Shown here: positions 32,201-36,069 of the stretch, one piece after another | Layout: every line of letters starts with the position of its first letter | Numbering within the stretch: position 1 is the stretch's first letter | DNA from: Candidatus Vicinibacter affinis | GTDB lineage: Bacteria; Bacteroidota; Bacteroidia; Chitinophagales; Saprospiraceae | Assembly (NCBI GenBank): GCA_016714365.1 | Contig: JADJNH010000007.1 | Coordinates: 531,109-595,108, forward strand | Reading direction: 5' to 3' | Length of the DNA: 64,000 bases | Notes under the pieces: model-generated | What the model saw: the letters and a program-made list of their open reading frames with translations, nothing else | Databases searched by the model: none | What the model was told of the DNA's origin: nothing | Translations under genes and position numbers: made by a program

Positions 32201-33326
32201 GAACCTGGGATGGACACACTGCTCCTGTAGGTGGCGTTACATCGGATACGGTAACTGTTAAAGTACAGCAATTGCTTGGAAGAGGTCCGGCAGGAGCAGG
32301 ATCCAGGTTGCCATTGCCAAAGCAATCCTGAGCACATATTCTTATCGTAATTACCCTTGGGCCGGCGCATCCACCGGTGATCGTTGGGAAGGTATTATTT
32401 ATAAAAGAGCCGACATTAGGATTGGTCACGCCCAAAACTCTTTGAGAATAAGTAAACGGACTACCGCAGGCATCCGTGGCAGAAGCAAGGCCTCTGAAAT
32501 CGGCTACCGTATATTCACAATTGGCATCAAATGCATCTGTTGCATCAGGCGGACAAGTAGAAAGTATGGGTGCAACCTGATCGCGAAGACGTATGGTTAC
32601 GGAAGAAATATTGGATAAGTTGCCGCAAGCATCTGCTGTACGATATTGAACAGTAGTGCCTAGGTTAGGTGAAGTCGAACAAGCCAGATCCGGTACAGGA
32701 AAACCACTCACAATAAATGCGTTGGCAATCAAAGTAGGATCACTGGTACAGTTGTCTGCTACTCTGGGTCCGGTAACAACACTTAATAGGTTAGCAAGTG
32801 AAACAGTACATCCACTGTCTATATCCAAAATCAATGTTGCAGGTATGGTTAGTGTTGGGTTTACCGCATCAGATACCGTATAGGAATCAGTGTTGGTAAT
32901 AAAACATAAGGCACCGGTTCCAAAATTTAAATAAGTGGTCACCAATGAAACATTAAAAGAGGTCCCATTCGGACATGTTCCGGATTGAGGCACAAGTCCG
33001 GGAGTACCTGCAGGTGGTATCTGGATTGGCGTGGCACCCCCAATTCTTGTAAAGCCCATGCAGGAAGCAGTTGCCTGCCAATTATGCCCGGTGGCCACAT
33101 TTGGAGTCAGGTACAAACAGCCTACTCCTAAGGCAGCATTTATTGGATTATTATTGCCTTGGGTTACGCAAACGTTCATGCCTGGAGCACAAGGTCCTTG
33201 TGCTGATAGGTTTTTACCAGGTCCAAATAATACCAAACACAGCGCGAGTACACCTGTGATGGCTTTCATTGCCTTTACGGGATTTCTTAAAAATGTTGTC
33301 ATGGGGTTGATTTTTGATTGCCTCAT
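14256..33326 (-). CDS. Giant (6356-aa) T9SS-secreted multidomain cell-surface, adhesin-like protein
   Basis: A single uninterrupted ORF. It has an N-terminal signal (MKAITGVLALCLVLFGPGKNLSAQ), many Cys-paired Ig/HYR-like modules (D.TPPV..CP....ECDG...D.CGN..), and tandem super-repeats carrying G.FTG.GV...F.CP..AG.GTH.VTYTV motifs. It also has LTD-like, P-domain-like, dockerin-like and cohesin-like segments and a T9SS C-terminal domain. Confidence 0.9.
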   Translation of the reverse strand: MRQSKINPMTTFLRNPVKAMKAITGVLALCLVLFGPGKNLSAQGPCAPGMNVCVTQGNNNPINAALGVGCLYLTPNVATGHNWQATASCMGFTRIGGATPIQIPPAGTPGLVPQSGTCPNGTSFNVSLVTTYLNFGTGALCFITNTDSYTVSDAVNPTLTIPATLILDIDSGCTVSLANLLSVVTGPRVADNCTSDPTLIANAFIVSGFPVPDLACSTSPNLGTTVQYRTADACGNLSNISSVTIRLRDQVAPILSTCPPDATDAFDANCEYTVADFRGLASATDACGSPFTYSQRVLGVTNPNVGSFINNTFPTITGGCAGPRVITIRICAQDCFGNGNLDPAPAGPLPSNCCTLTVTVSDVTPPTGAVCPSQVLLPVDVACSANVPDIRDASIFSDNCSIIDPSQIGMYADLDGNGSYETELFAPGTPVIPGGNVPVFAGNIICNPLFPNDEVDVQFSFIDCNGNPNGGPVLFNCDNLLRFQDVTAPDLLLDCPLPAPVFYLSIDPNTCIYSTVTIPQDWFNGIATVNDNCDGFPMERNDAASFGCGQLGLQDIPIWGEDCSGNVSGVLGNCQVLIQVNPLDAAWTNPGTVCMSDLPLNLCDYLDLATAQDCGYWSGDFVSPAPPDNRCNGGNPAIFEPTGPGVYTVTYTVGDANCHVELTRSIKVEQDYAPPFLVDNFGICLCPDAQIDLESYLLQNAPQGGEWTILSQVPNLGGPVTPGVNIIPPTGAGYSHIAKYDGGCLVLNLRYTITDCQGVVTSDDIAITINECPKGSFDLPDDMCQDATPFSINDTNRIFYGCFDYQVTFEVTSGPSGNTLIGGAPVTGTISTLPPVIIDPGNVVAGNYTIKMTINDPTGALFGCPDFVYNQVVTIYKDGASPNGITPVSPLCEGSSTFPVTLSLLSGLDEAGNALVDADVRWTGSGVTDGPGINGTFQPADLEGDGWPGPGLFTVCASVGDPRCEENYCIDILINNDIPDNGNDLVQDFKICATPGTFIPYSTLLANGSLGGGTFSASLSAISVPAITGILLPNGFFYTGGCGDVNVTYTLPQDCNPDNINNDIIVTICPRPDVEINVPSTVCTRDNKVIITTNMVGRLPQCDQTGVWSVSPATTGLIGMTDGTAMFSPALAGEGSFEVTYSLTTGANCTDVDRAFMVVSASSDPSFVAPQVTCVDVAAINLSLTTPDPSIQDGNPLNRDNTQEVIWTASCGSCLTVNSDSTTAVFNPSAAGAGTYLICATTGDPSCQQSYCTLIRVNAANDATLVGNLEKGCFDLRLSAICGQYVTDINLADFYLQTTTRGGYWNDLTGFGCRILNETFEAGPGCHQLTYTVPAAFPGATGVCAEMIDTVFLMITEEPQTDFDLAEQVCWDGIAGSASLPTLYTGATFGTGTSNIDYSWSANLVSGAGPVPTFSDPSSAEPTVIIQGAGTFSICLTETLEYDDCDDIVPTSCLNEHCEILVVNQTNIEVIPTWTSAGPFCVDDVCIDLDARITGNTGGVFTGNGVQLDPSHPNYRFCPAVAGPGTHTICYTVNNGAGCSAVECHSFVVYPAATVACADTRDTLQCATMPLGPNSNLYGPHGGVFLFSRYTLGTHPLNSMLCASATQGGNWTLVSAPAANTGAVAGNLLYFTNPGCYTVRYTVLSGPGLDGVCSATQDFTVHVGERPNPSFDLPDAICWDQVSLVQYTIPGNFITSPAYSGIVVRSYRSTNPAVATVTPVSGVITVVGNGTTSICMQEIITTFACFGTLSICLEEVCEVIRVVNNTTVANPNWSVLGPLCIDQACQDLDALVTGTTGGIFTGHGVRPVPGTGHPQYEFCPALAGVGTHVVTYTINSPDGCSASFSRNVVVYPAQNASLLTPFRSGCIVHNGFNMIEFDLTQTYLSGTTRGGTWTKISGPNSAGPFNETYYGEPGCHVLRYTVPASFPGATGDCGVMFMDLNLTLSEEPTPSFDVAEEICWNGVAGSVSLNPLYNGNTYGGGASSHTYNWIATLISGPGPVPTFNNNTIQNPTITVQGAGIFEICLTETLVSCNNPGFSVNSCSETYCERITIHQSNTEVIPTWTAIGPFCVDQGCQDLDALVTGTSGGVFTGVGVRPVPGVGHPQYEFCPAIAGPGTHAVTYTVNNGAGCTAVQTHNITVFPAVTLACLDTRDTIQCATRATGPNNNNYGPFNGVTLSSRYTHDVHGLGSLLCAAATKGGSWSYVSGPTGTAGTVANGILHYSDPGCYTVRYTVSSFPGGTGACTATQDFTIHVGEAPNPSFDLPDAVCWDQLAGSITYDITQFITSPAYTGSVVRNYRSTNTSVVTISAGGLITVVGNGTAYICMEEVITTIACSGVSTTCTAEICEAIRVVNNTTVTNPNWSVLGPLCIDQACQDLDALVTGTPGGIFTGHGVRPVPGTGHPQYEFCPSLAGVGTHVVTYTVNSPDGCSASFSRLVTVFPANNAVISADVARGCYVFNKSSGGPFIDFNLEELLLPTTTRGGTWSYISGTGGTIRNYTLSAEPGCHQLRYTVPAAFPGAVGACGQMSDDIFLLLAEAAEPDFDVAEEACWNGVAGSLTLPTFYNGENSAVGATRSFNWTVSVISGGPALTLSSATAQSPTLTVQGAGIFEVCVTETNTYAACGTLPPNISCPEVHCERITIHQSNTEVLPTWTPIGPFCVDQPCQDLDVLVTGTPNGVFTGVGVRPVPGVGHPQYEFCPGIAGPGTHSVTYTVQNGAGCTAVQTHNIVVYPAVMVNCTDTRDTLQCATQAKGPNTNTYGPFNGVTLASRYTLGSHNLTDLLCPTATRGGTWSFVSGPAASTGAVVENTLHFTNPGCYTVRYTVRSFPGATGACLATQDFTVHVGEMPNPSFDLPDAICWNQLAGSVTYDINNFITSPSYSGSVVRNYRSTNTSVVTINTITGIITVVGNGTASICMEEVITTTACGLSTTCRAEVCEVIRVVNSVTVNNPEWGPLGPLCIDMPCQDLDALVLGTTGGVFTGRGVRPVPGVGHPQYEFCPAIAGVGIHAVTYTVNSPDGCSATFTRNVEVKRGLIPNIGPDVVRGCYDFSAGSPNPFTDFDLSELYLDSTTRGGTWTHLTGPAFIIRNETMSAMPGCHQVVYTVPASYPGATGACGPKSDTAFVLLTEEPQPNFDAQDAVCWEPLATVTITPFLNSDTWGNNGTLTRTWSLVPAAPAGVTINAATGVVTIGPTPPVTPSTFEICLTERITYASCGTNPAGSFCEAVKCHQIKIESGTPLISCFTASADSVCVGTPITLTPLATPNDGIWTSADTVGGRATLVRNANGTAVFTPRVCGIFVVTYTRSTPNGCTNTCSRTIRTDLTPPVVITPGPLTVECDGTPQTARMTAWANTARFTDNCAGGSLTWLVFDRRSGCSQYTGKYIFEFTARDSCGNTATAYDTFTILDRIAPAITGGADLTINCGVPTTYGQLDGWLNTNAGASATDACSRVRWTNNFNRNSLRLECNNPTGTPIVFTATDECGNFSTVTFRVFLIDNNNPVWNVRPVNLTIECDGTNDPYAQISAWLLKNGDGIATDSCSTEIFYSNNYTGLSNGCTRTTGSATVTFTARDFCGNSVSAVATVTVVDRTPPEIASPAKDTVVECDGTGNVNDFASWIANHGGAKAIDLCSGVSCGPLTGARAALVTDPSFPWGGGPSYNDYTTSMNQVFGAGNWDQLNFGTPASTIFSRNYRFIYIDGSDASANAFNTFVNANRAAMEAWVSCGGRLLLNSAPNQGGNIDLGFGGVQILYTPGSTWVGSVNASGPIVSGPYLPTGVNYTGGLFGHSIVGPPSMSVMIRENGGANRPILAQSLWGSGVVMFGGMTASGFHSPQPNARNLKWNILDRLNTLPLQTDINSLTDGIFAWDTTLMRTQVTCGQNRILTYMFNALDSCGNISLGTIARFIVRDTTPPVWLVNPANEVVDCDSKGNIAQLNAWLAANGRGIVLDDPCNGTVRYEHDLIREYDRCSNTDSVIYRFTATDCSGNTSFREATFHIRDITPPVITGGYNKLTECDQSGAGNDDEITAWLDTLGGLSATDMCSDNITWRHNFSDNRWVRGCGDTRFQDVTFTATDDCGNFSTRTLRIGTTDTTKPVFFNCPRPPIVVAAETFHCDAYVNFSPMAAFDNCSTPTVRQIDKTGLKSGSRFPVGTTVLVFEAADPCGNKDTCTLKIVVNDFWDLPSITCPSAKTFDAALDSCGRTLTSADGIDPTGIKDNCPNTLVSYTITDSTGTVIKSGFNSAAGSFFPVGVDTITYCVTDQPLLKITEVTQQLGTPIAGGTITIGRTNPVPGFITTDLVDGDYLEIGNYGGGIIDLTCLSIEIVGPAGSICNYTLPPAFALMPMHFLAPGQVATFHIGSGVDVPASRFFHMNCTQAGINDQRAYILRLVDRVIDVVATNGFNPVGRGTSAVVLAADWAGATNPHFCRGSYYRKDHIDNNRSSDWELAESCNAASIGSWNPGNLFSTANLDTVSMQSIVHPPVCCKVPITILDKQAPICGRLDSLSSGIPTNLNVAFTQGQCFASTVNIANNCIIGGVRILNMTGTSSQDLGDWEVTLISPRGTRVKLWENVCNSSTAFNLNFGALDNKGGTLGSINGAACVPNFGNGGFYIPQESFNKFYGEQGQGTWRLEIEDNSCFNSAISNVLTNWRLQVLCKGPSNLRDTTITADFRQCRKKFLWFHPQINDNCQGGTMVMEYVTTCTTARTGVVTTVLGPITKNVTPGACDSLVLPIGTTKITYTLRDLSGNQGMCMFTVNVKDINGPVITAMKDLVIRAEPGECGKFYYFTPNVEDSCGLDTVYSIPPSGTFFPVGKNRVCIYGIDKSGNRDSSCFTLTVEPYVPSSGELACNDLINLSLDASCTAVLTPDMILEGGNHWCYNDYEIIVTDDRGVPHASTFTYNDVGKCFKVTIRDPRTGNSCWGRVCIEDKQKPKLSCPRDTVVSCISTLDPNDLGRAVVTNCEPTAVITYFDEVAELGECAVPYVAVVNRWWFVEDAYGNRDSCAQIISIERMDLTKIRWPRSYDDLDLPHLECSQRINDKDVSGHFVAYPECVDGYLLDSAHWKATGGTIAGGDLSGERLPRALGWNDITSGKFAGHPNPYPVYYQPHPNWNTQQNFCWGPDEVVRWIGTGVPTIDDIDLYKRGRCALSIRYDDEVYDICENSYEILRYWKVRNMCLPVIAGVNPIEYIQVIQVLDKKGPEIAYPDTISLSTGAFDCKAIWDVASPWLKDDCSDSINYVIKMKVGNPVQLPNGQWIIYNLPEGLHAAELIASDNCGNKTIKKMMVNVFDGTPPVPVCRTKTVVSITGNQSPGQNIATVYAESFDEGSFDNCKDHIYYKVIQMAELLGTNNGSNANNTVACSGLNGDDNSALTGNQVYFDDATSFCCTNTAQSVMVVLRVFDVDPGAGPVAPNRMNNRTSPLYGRFNDCMVEVEVQSKNPPTVVAPPNIVVSCWFWFDINKITDPNDPTFGRVVSDLSDRKKVITQDLVCAKFCERNDITGYPGYVATNTVPKPAPNQACEYYYKYFDTAHWDRKYELQWGFDGYVLSNCGANYTITVNDLRECGQGVIQRIISAQGPNNLNITSIQTIWVVDCDPFYVDDVTCNDPRFTDLLWPNGVCTQTPVTIDGCGADISPDNPQLGKPTIINNADDNCALISIEHFDEIFTIEPDACFKVLRKWVVIDWCQYDPFIDPTKGRWERVQIIKVRDQDKPVVTCNVGPCEPATINAKLGVCVGHISLTSSATDKCTPEDWLFYEYKIDAYNDKVGVHGGWDFRVGSLTKKQYAQGDTVEFSHNPFADDPKNPFDASGTYPIGIHRISWFVEDGCGNVGACETLFEVKDCKAPTPYCHTGIITVPMPSSGCVDIWAKDLDLGSYDNCTSKDKLKFYFDADPTKASITVCCDDFVNAKANDELKLEVEMWVEDEEGNKDYCKTTVIVQDNQNICPDNFNNKARISGELKTEKGDIVVPVNVSLFKGTNLLIQRLGNPYLFGDLEMGVNYTVDPDRNDDHKNGVSTQDVVLIQKHILGQAALNSPYKMIAADVNNSGSITAADLAEIRKLILGINSEFAKVRSWTFIPSEHVFADPMNPYGAPRKAAVYLDSNRIVDFIGVKMGDVNGNAQANNLQVINNRSNGDLSLEIDQEDLIPGELVKVHFRSSDFNQITGYQFTLKFDEKSLNFEGIENGAVGVSDANFGTMALANGYLTTSWNSSKGETIAPDQILFTLTFRALGSGKLAQKLGITSDITRSEAYNAQGQELSIKLGTRTAKGFEETGVFELYQNEPNPFNKQTVVNYRLPKAGAVKMTIYDLSGKVLRVYELKGQKGLNTIQLKRDDLNADGILYYQLDADDHTATKRMILTR
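14259..14513 (-). other. T9SS type A C-terminal sorting domain (Por secretion tail) of giant gene 1
   Basis: The last 85 aa are FELYQNEPNPFNKQTVVNYRLPKAGAVKMTIYDLSGKVLRVYELKGQKGLNTIQLKRDDLNADGILYYQLDADDHTATKRMILTR, the canonical pattern (..YPNPF....T.I.Y.L.....V.L.IYD..GK.V......G.....). Confidence 0.85.
14553..15332 (-). other. Dockerin-like EF-hand pair (15135-15332) followed by a cohesin-like beta domain (14553-14939)
   Basis: The dockerin-like part is DPDRNDDHKNGVSTQDVVLIQKHILGQ...AADVNNSGSITAADLAEIRKLILG (two Ca-loop/helix repeats). The cohesin-like part is LSLEIDQEDLIPGELVKVHFRSSDFNQITGYQFTLKFDEKSLNFEGIENG.... Confidence 0.5.
19365..19800 (-). other. Proprotein-convertase P-domain-like module with no adjacent subtilase domain
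   Basis: GVRILNMTGTSSQDLGDWEVTLISPRGTRVKLWENVC...FYGEQGQGTWRLEIEDN...NWRLQVLC matches the hallmark blocks of P-domains (..gDl.i.L.SP.Gt...L.. and G.W.L.v.D......G.l..w.L). Confidence 0.55.
19985..20545 (-). other. Lamin-tail-domain (LTD)-like module
   Basis: LLKITEVTQQ...GDYLEIGNYGGGIIDLTCLSIEI...RAYILRL...VIDVVA resembles the LTD pattern (I.Ev......d.EfvEl.N.g...vdLsG..l). Confidence 0.4.
23630..29555 (-). repeat. Intragenic tandem super-repeat: about 3.3 copies of a 1.77-kb (~590-aa) unit
   Basis: The landmark C(I/V)D..CQDLDA motif recurs at about 24421, 25321, 26195, 27095, 27963 and 28862, alternating at roughly 900 and 870 bp. Unit boundaries (HQSNTEV(I/L)PTWT) lie near 28945, 27172 and 25400. 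The third unit ends near 23630, and a partial unit extends up to about 29555. Confidence 0.85.
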
Positions 33327-33986
33327 TTAAAGAGAAATTGAATGATCGATGATAAAAATTTGGATCGGGTCATTAGGATTTTCAGGGCTTTTCACAATCT
33401 TATAGCTTTGTCCTCCACATTTTAGTTTACCATCATTTACCGAGACAGGTTTTTCATTGAAATTAACCCCCTCTGTGAGGATTACTCCCTTTGAAACCAT
33501 CGATACATGGTTGGCGAAAAACTTAAATTTGGTCTCATTGTAACCAGTACTGGCAATTGAATCTCTCAATGCAGCAGGCAGTTTCCGGTACGAAACGTCA
33601 GGGTAAGCGAAGAACACAAAATTGAAATCAGGGTGGCTGTTCATAAAGAAATTAACGGTAGGGTCGTTCAACAGTCGCGTAAATTCACCAAGCTCAGCCT
33701 TGTCTTTGAGCGCAGCATTGACAAGGGGTAGTATAAATTCACTTTTGAAGTTTGCAGAATTATTAGAAATTTTTGTAGAATCAGATATAATGGGTTGACT
33801 TACAGTGTCTTTGTCCGCTTTTTTTACCTGTGAAGTGCAGGATAATAGATTAAAAGCAAAGAATGTTATGAGGGAAATAGAAACCAAGCCTGCATTCAGA
33901 CGAAACTGAACACAGCACGGACTGCCATTCGGGGAATACATCCCGGACTTACAGTCAATTAAAGCAAATGGAGCACTTAGCTTCAA
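33327..33986 (-). CDS. Fasciclin (FAS1)-like lipoprotein. Its stop abuts the start of giant gene 1.
   Basis: It has a lipobox (FAFNLLSC); the likely start is the internal M at MYSPNGS. A divergent FAS1 pattern is visible (FVFFAYPDVSYRKLPAALRDSI...FFANHVSMVSKGV...IQIFIIDHSI). The junction reads TAA-ATG at 33329-33324. Confidence 0.45.
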   Translation of the reverse strand: MKLSAPFALIDCKSGMYSPNGSPCCVQFRLNAGLVSISLITFFAFNLLSCTSQVKKADKDTVSQPIISDSTKISNNSANFKSEFILPLVNAALKDKAELGEFTRLLNDPTVNFFMNSHPDFNFVFFAYPDVSYRKLPAALRDSIASTGYNETKFKFFANHVSMVSKGVILTEGVNFNEKPVSVNDGKLKCGGQSYKIVKSPENPNDPIQIFIIDHSISL

Positions 33987-34264
33987 TTCTTGCGCTTAAT
34001 TGATTAAATAAATGGAAAGGGTGCAATGCGGGAAGGCTGATGGCTTCGTCAGTTCAAACCGGAATTACCTCTTTCTTTTAAATACCTTGAGCTTGGTTAT
34101 TGACTCAGCTGCAAAGTAACAAAAACACTTTTAAATATATAGAATTTTTTAAGAGAATTTGATAAATTTAATTTTTACTTGATATTCCTCTGTGAGCATC
34201 AAGAAACTACACTGCAAAATAAAAGTGGATATGGAGTATAAATGGACTCCTGTAACCCTGGGTT

Positions 34265-34828
34265 TTACTGTATAAGCAAGCCCTCAATAAGATAAATTCT
34301 GGTCTCTCGCCCGAGTGGAAAGGTTGCCACAATATTGGCGGTCTGATTACCAATTTGTACAGATTTCATGTCTTCTGTAAAACTCAGCTTTTCTCCCGTC
34401 AAACTGGTCGCCCCGGACCAGGAAAAATCAGTCGCCTTAACAATACCCCTGCTCAGCATCTGTAGTTCGAAATCATCGGGTATCTGATCTTCCAGCTTTT
34501 TTCTTCTCTCTCCACTGAGGGTCTCAAATGCTTCATCAACAGGAATAAAATAACTCACCTTTAATCTTTTATCGTCATACAACATGGGTATCACGGAACT
34601 TGAGTTTTTAAGCATCCGATTATAGATTGTCAAATCCTGCCTGCTCTCTACAAATTTCATCACTGCTTCCGAAGCGGCAATGGATTCTTCTTTGCTGAAT
34701 TTGTGGTCGTCCTTGTTTCCACTTTGGACAGTAGCTTGATTTTCCTGTTTTGCAACAGCCTGCTTTTTACATGCAGGAAGAATAAATAAAAAACTGATAA
34801 AGTAAATAAGGCATTTGAAGGTAGACAT
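34265..34828 (-). CDS. Fasciclin (FAS1)-domain lipoprotein
   Basis: 187 aa with a lipoprotein signal (FISFLFILPAC). FAS1 blocks are present: DLTIYNRMLKNSS..., YFIPVDEAFETLSGERRKKLEDQ, LQMLSRGIVKA, and the C-terminal RIYLIEGLLIQ (equivalent to the vhvIDkVL.P block). Confidence 0.55.
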   Translation of the reverse strand: MSTFKCLIYFISFLFILPACKKQAVAKQENQATVQSGNKDDHKFSKEESIAASEAVMKFVESRQDLTIYNRMLKNSSSVIPMLYDDKRLKVSYFIPVDEAFETLSGERRKKLEDQIPDDFELQMLSRGIVKATDFSWSGATSLTGEKLSFTEDMKSVQIGNQTANIVATFPLGRETRIYLIEGLLIQ

Positions 34829-34860
34829 GGAAGGCTGATTTTTTAGATGGGTAAAGTTAA

Positions 34861-35222
34861 GGGAATGTGGGGGAATTTCAACTCACCCCCCGACCCCCTC
34901 TCTTGGAAGAGAGGGGGGGAGAATTTGGGGTGGGTTGAAATTACGTGGATACCGTTCAACTCACCCTGCCCTCTCTTAAAAGAGAGGGGGGGAGAATTTG
35001 GGGTGGGTTGAGATTACGTGGATACCGTTCAACTCACCCTGCCCTCTCTTGAAAGAGAGGGGGAGGAAATATGGGGTGGGTTGAAATTACGTGGATACCG
35101 TTTCAACTCACCCTGCCCTCTCTTAAAAGAGAGGGGGAGGAAATGTGGGGTGGGTTGAGATTACGTGGATACCGTTTCAACTCACCCTGCCCTCTCTTAA
35201 AAGAGAGGGGGAGGAATGTGTG
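34861..35222. repeat. Tandem array of 5 copies of a ~74-bp nested-hairpin unit (repeat family A)
   Basis: Units start with tcaactcacc at 34878, 34956, 35029, 35103 and 35177. Each unit contains an inner palindrome ccctctctt-aaaa-gagagggg and an outer inverted pair caactcaccc / gggtgggttga. Confidence 0.85.
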
Positions 35223-35328
35223 TAAAGTTTGTATGTTTCTCTTTTTTTTAAACTAAAACAAAAAAGTGAATAGAAATAAATCTCAATTAACATTTTACTA
35301 TTTTCACGGACCTAAAAAATAACACCCT

Positions 35329-35709
35329 ATGTCTTTTACTTTCCTTGCTCGGAAATTGAGGAAGAATCAAACAATAGCAGAATCTGTTTTTTGGAATCAT
35401 GTCCGCAACAGAAGATTTATGAATTTAAAATTCACCAGACAATTTGTAATTGAACAATCCAATATAATGGGTCGAAAAGAATTTTACATTGCTGACTTTC
35501 ATTGCCATGCTTTAAAAATGATTGTAGAAATTGATGGCCCAATTCATCTTATGCAAAAAGATTATGATGAACTCAGACAGCAGCATTTGGTTGAAATGGG
35601 TTTCCATGTTATTAGATTTAAAAATGAAGAAATTATTGAAAATTGGGTTGATGTGGAAGAACGATTAAGATCTGGTGTATTGAAAAGATTGGAGGTTATT
35701 AGAAAATAA
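35329..35709 (+). CDS. DUF559 (Vsr-like) endonuclease-domain protein
   Basis: 126 aa: ARKLRKNQTIAESVFWNHVRNRRFMNLKFTRQFVI...YIADFHCHALKMIVEIDGPIH...DYDELRQQHLVEMGFHVIRFKNEEI. This is the typical DUF559 layout, with the D...E.DG..H core and a RF.N.ev ending. Confidence 0.8.
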   Translation: MSFTFLARKLRKNQTIAESVFWNHVRNRRFMNLKFTRQFVIEQSNIMGRKEFYIADFHCHALKMIVEIDGPIHLMQKDYDELRQQHLVEMGFHVIRFKNEEIIENWVDVEERLRSGVLKRLEVIRK

Positions 35710-35713
35710 AGAA

Positions 35714-35924
35714 TCAACTCACCCCCCGGCCCCCTCTCTTAAAAGAGAGGGGGAGGTTAAAAGAGAGGGGGAGGAAAAGTGGGGTGGGTTGAAATTACGT
35801 AGATACCGTTTCAACTCACCCCTAGCCCCTCTCTTAAAAGAGAGGGGGAAAAGGAGGATTCATACTTTTGACACTCAATCTTTCCCTCTCTTTTAAGAGA
35901 GGGTAGGGTGAGTTGAATGCGTCC
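35714..35924. repeat. Family A hairpin repeats: two direct copies and one inverted copy
   Basis: tcaactcaccccccggccccctctcttaaaagagaggggg starts at 35714 and tcaactcacccctagcccctctcttaaaagagaggggg starts at about 35811. An inverted copy ccctctcttttaagagagggtagggtgagttgaatgcgtcc lies at 35884-35924. Confidence 0.8.
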
Positions 35925-36002
35925 AGTTATGTCCCGTTTTCTTACTATCCTGAAATATTGGTCAATAAAGTTTTAGGACAATTTACATGTCACCTATTCA
36001 TT

Positions 36003-36044
36003 GCTAAAACACAAAGCCCCTCCTCAATCATGAGGAAGGGCTTT
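36003..36044 (-). terminator. Rho-independent terminator of giant gene 2
   Basis: The stem is aaagcccctcctca (36013-36026) / tgaggaagggcttt (36031-36044), matching at 13 of 14 positions with a 4-nt loop. On the minus strand it is followed by a U-rich run (tttgtgtttt). It lies about 25 nt after the stop. Confidence 0.7.
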
Positions 36045-36069
36045 GGATTTTATCTACTGAAGAATCAGC

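Noticed and set aside
34861-35222. Possible CRISPR array (regular ~74-bp periodic repeats)
   Set aside because: The entire 74-bp unit repeats, including the inter-palindrome part, so there are no unique spacers. No cas genes are present. The unit is a nested hairpin of the REP/BIME type.
35071-35256. Short ORFs translated from the repeat blocks: 35071-35256, 55950-56186, 56099-56365, 57956-58309 and 58095-58328
   Set aside because: They consist of translated hairpin repeats (..PSLKREGE.., ..SGTRSTLPP..). They exist in both orientations of the same DNA and lack start-site context, so they are treated as non-coding repeats.
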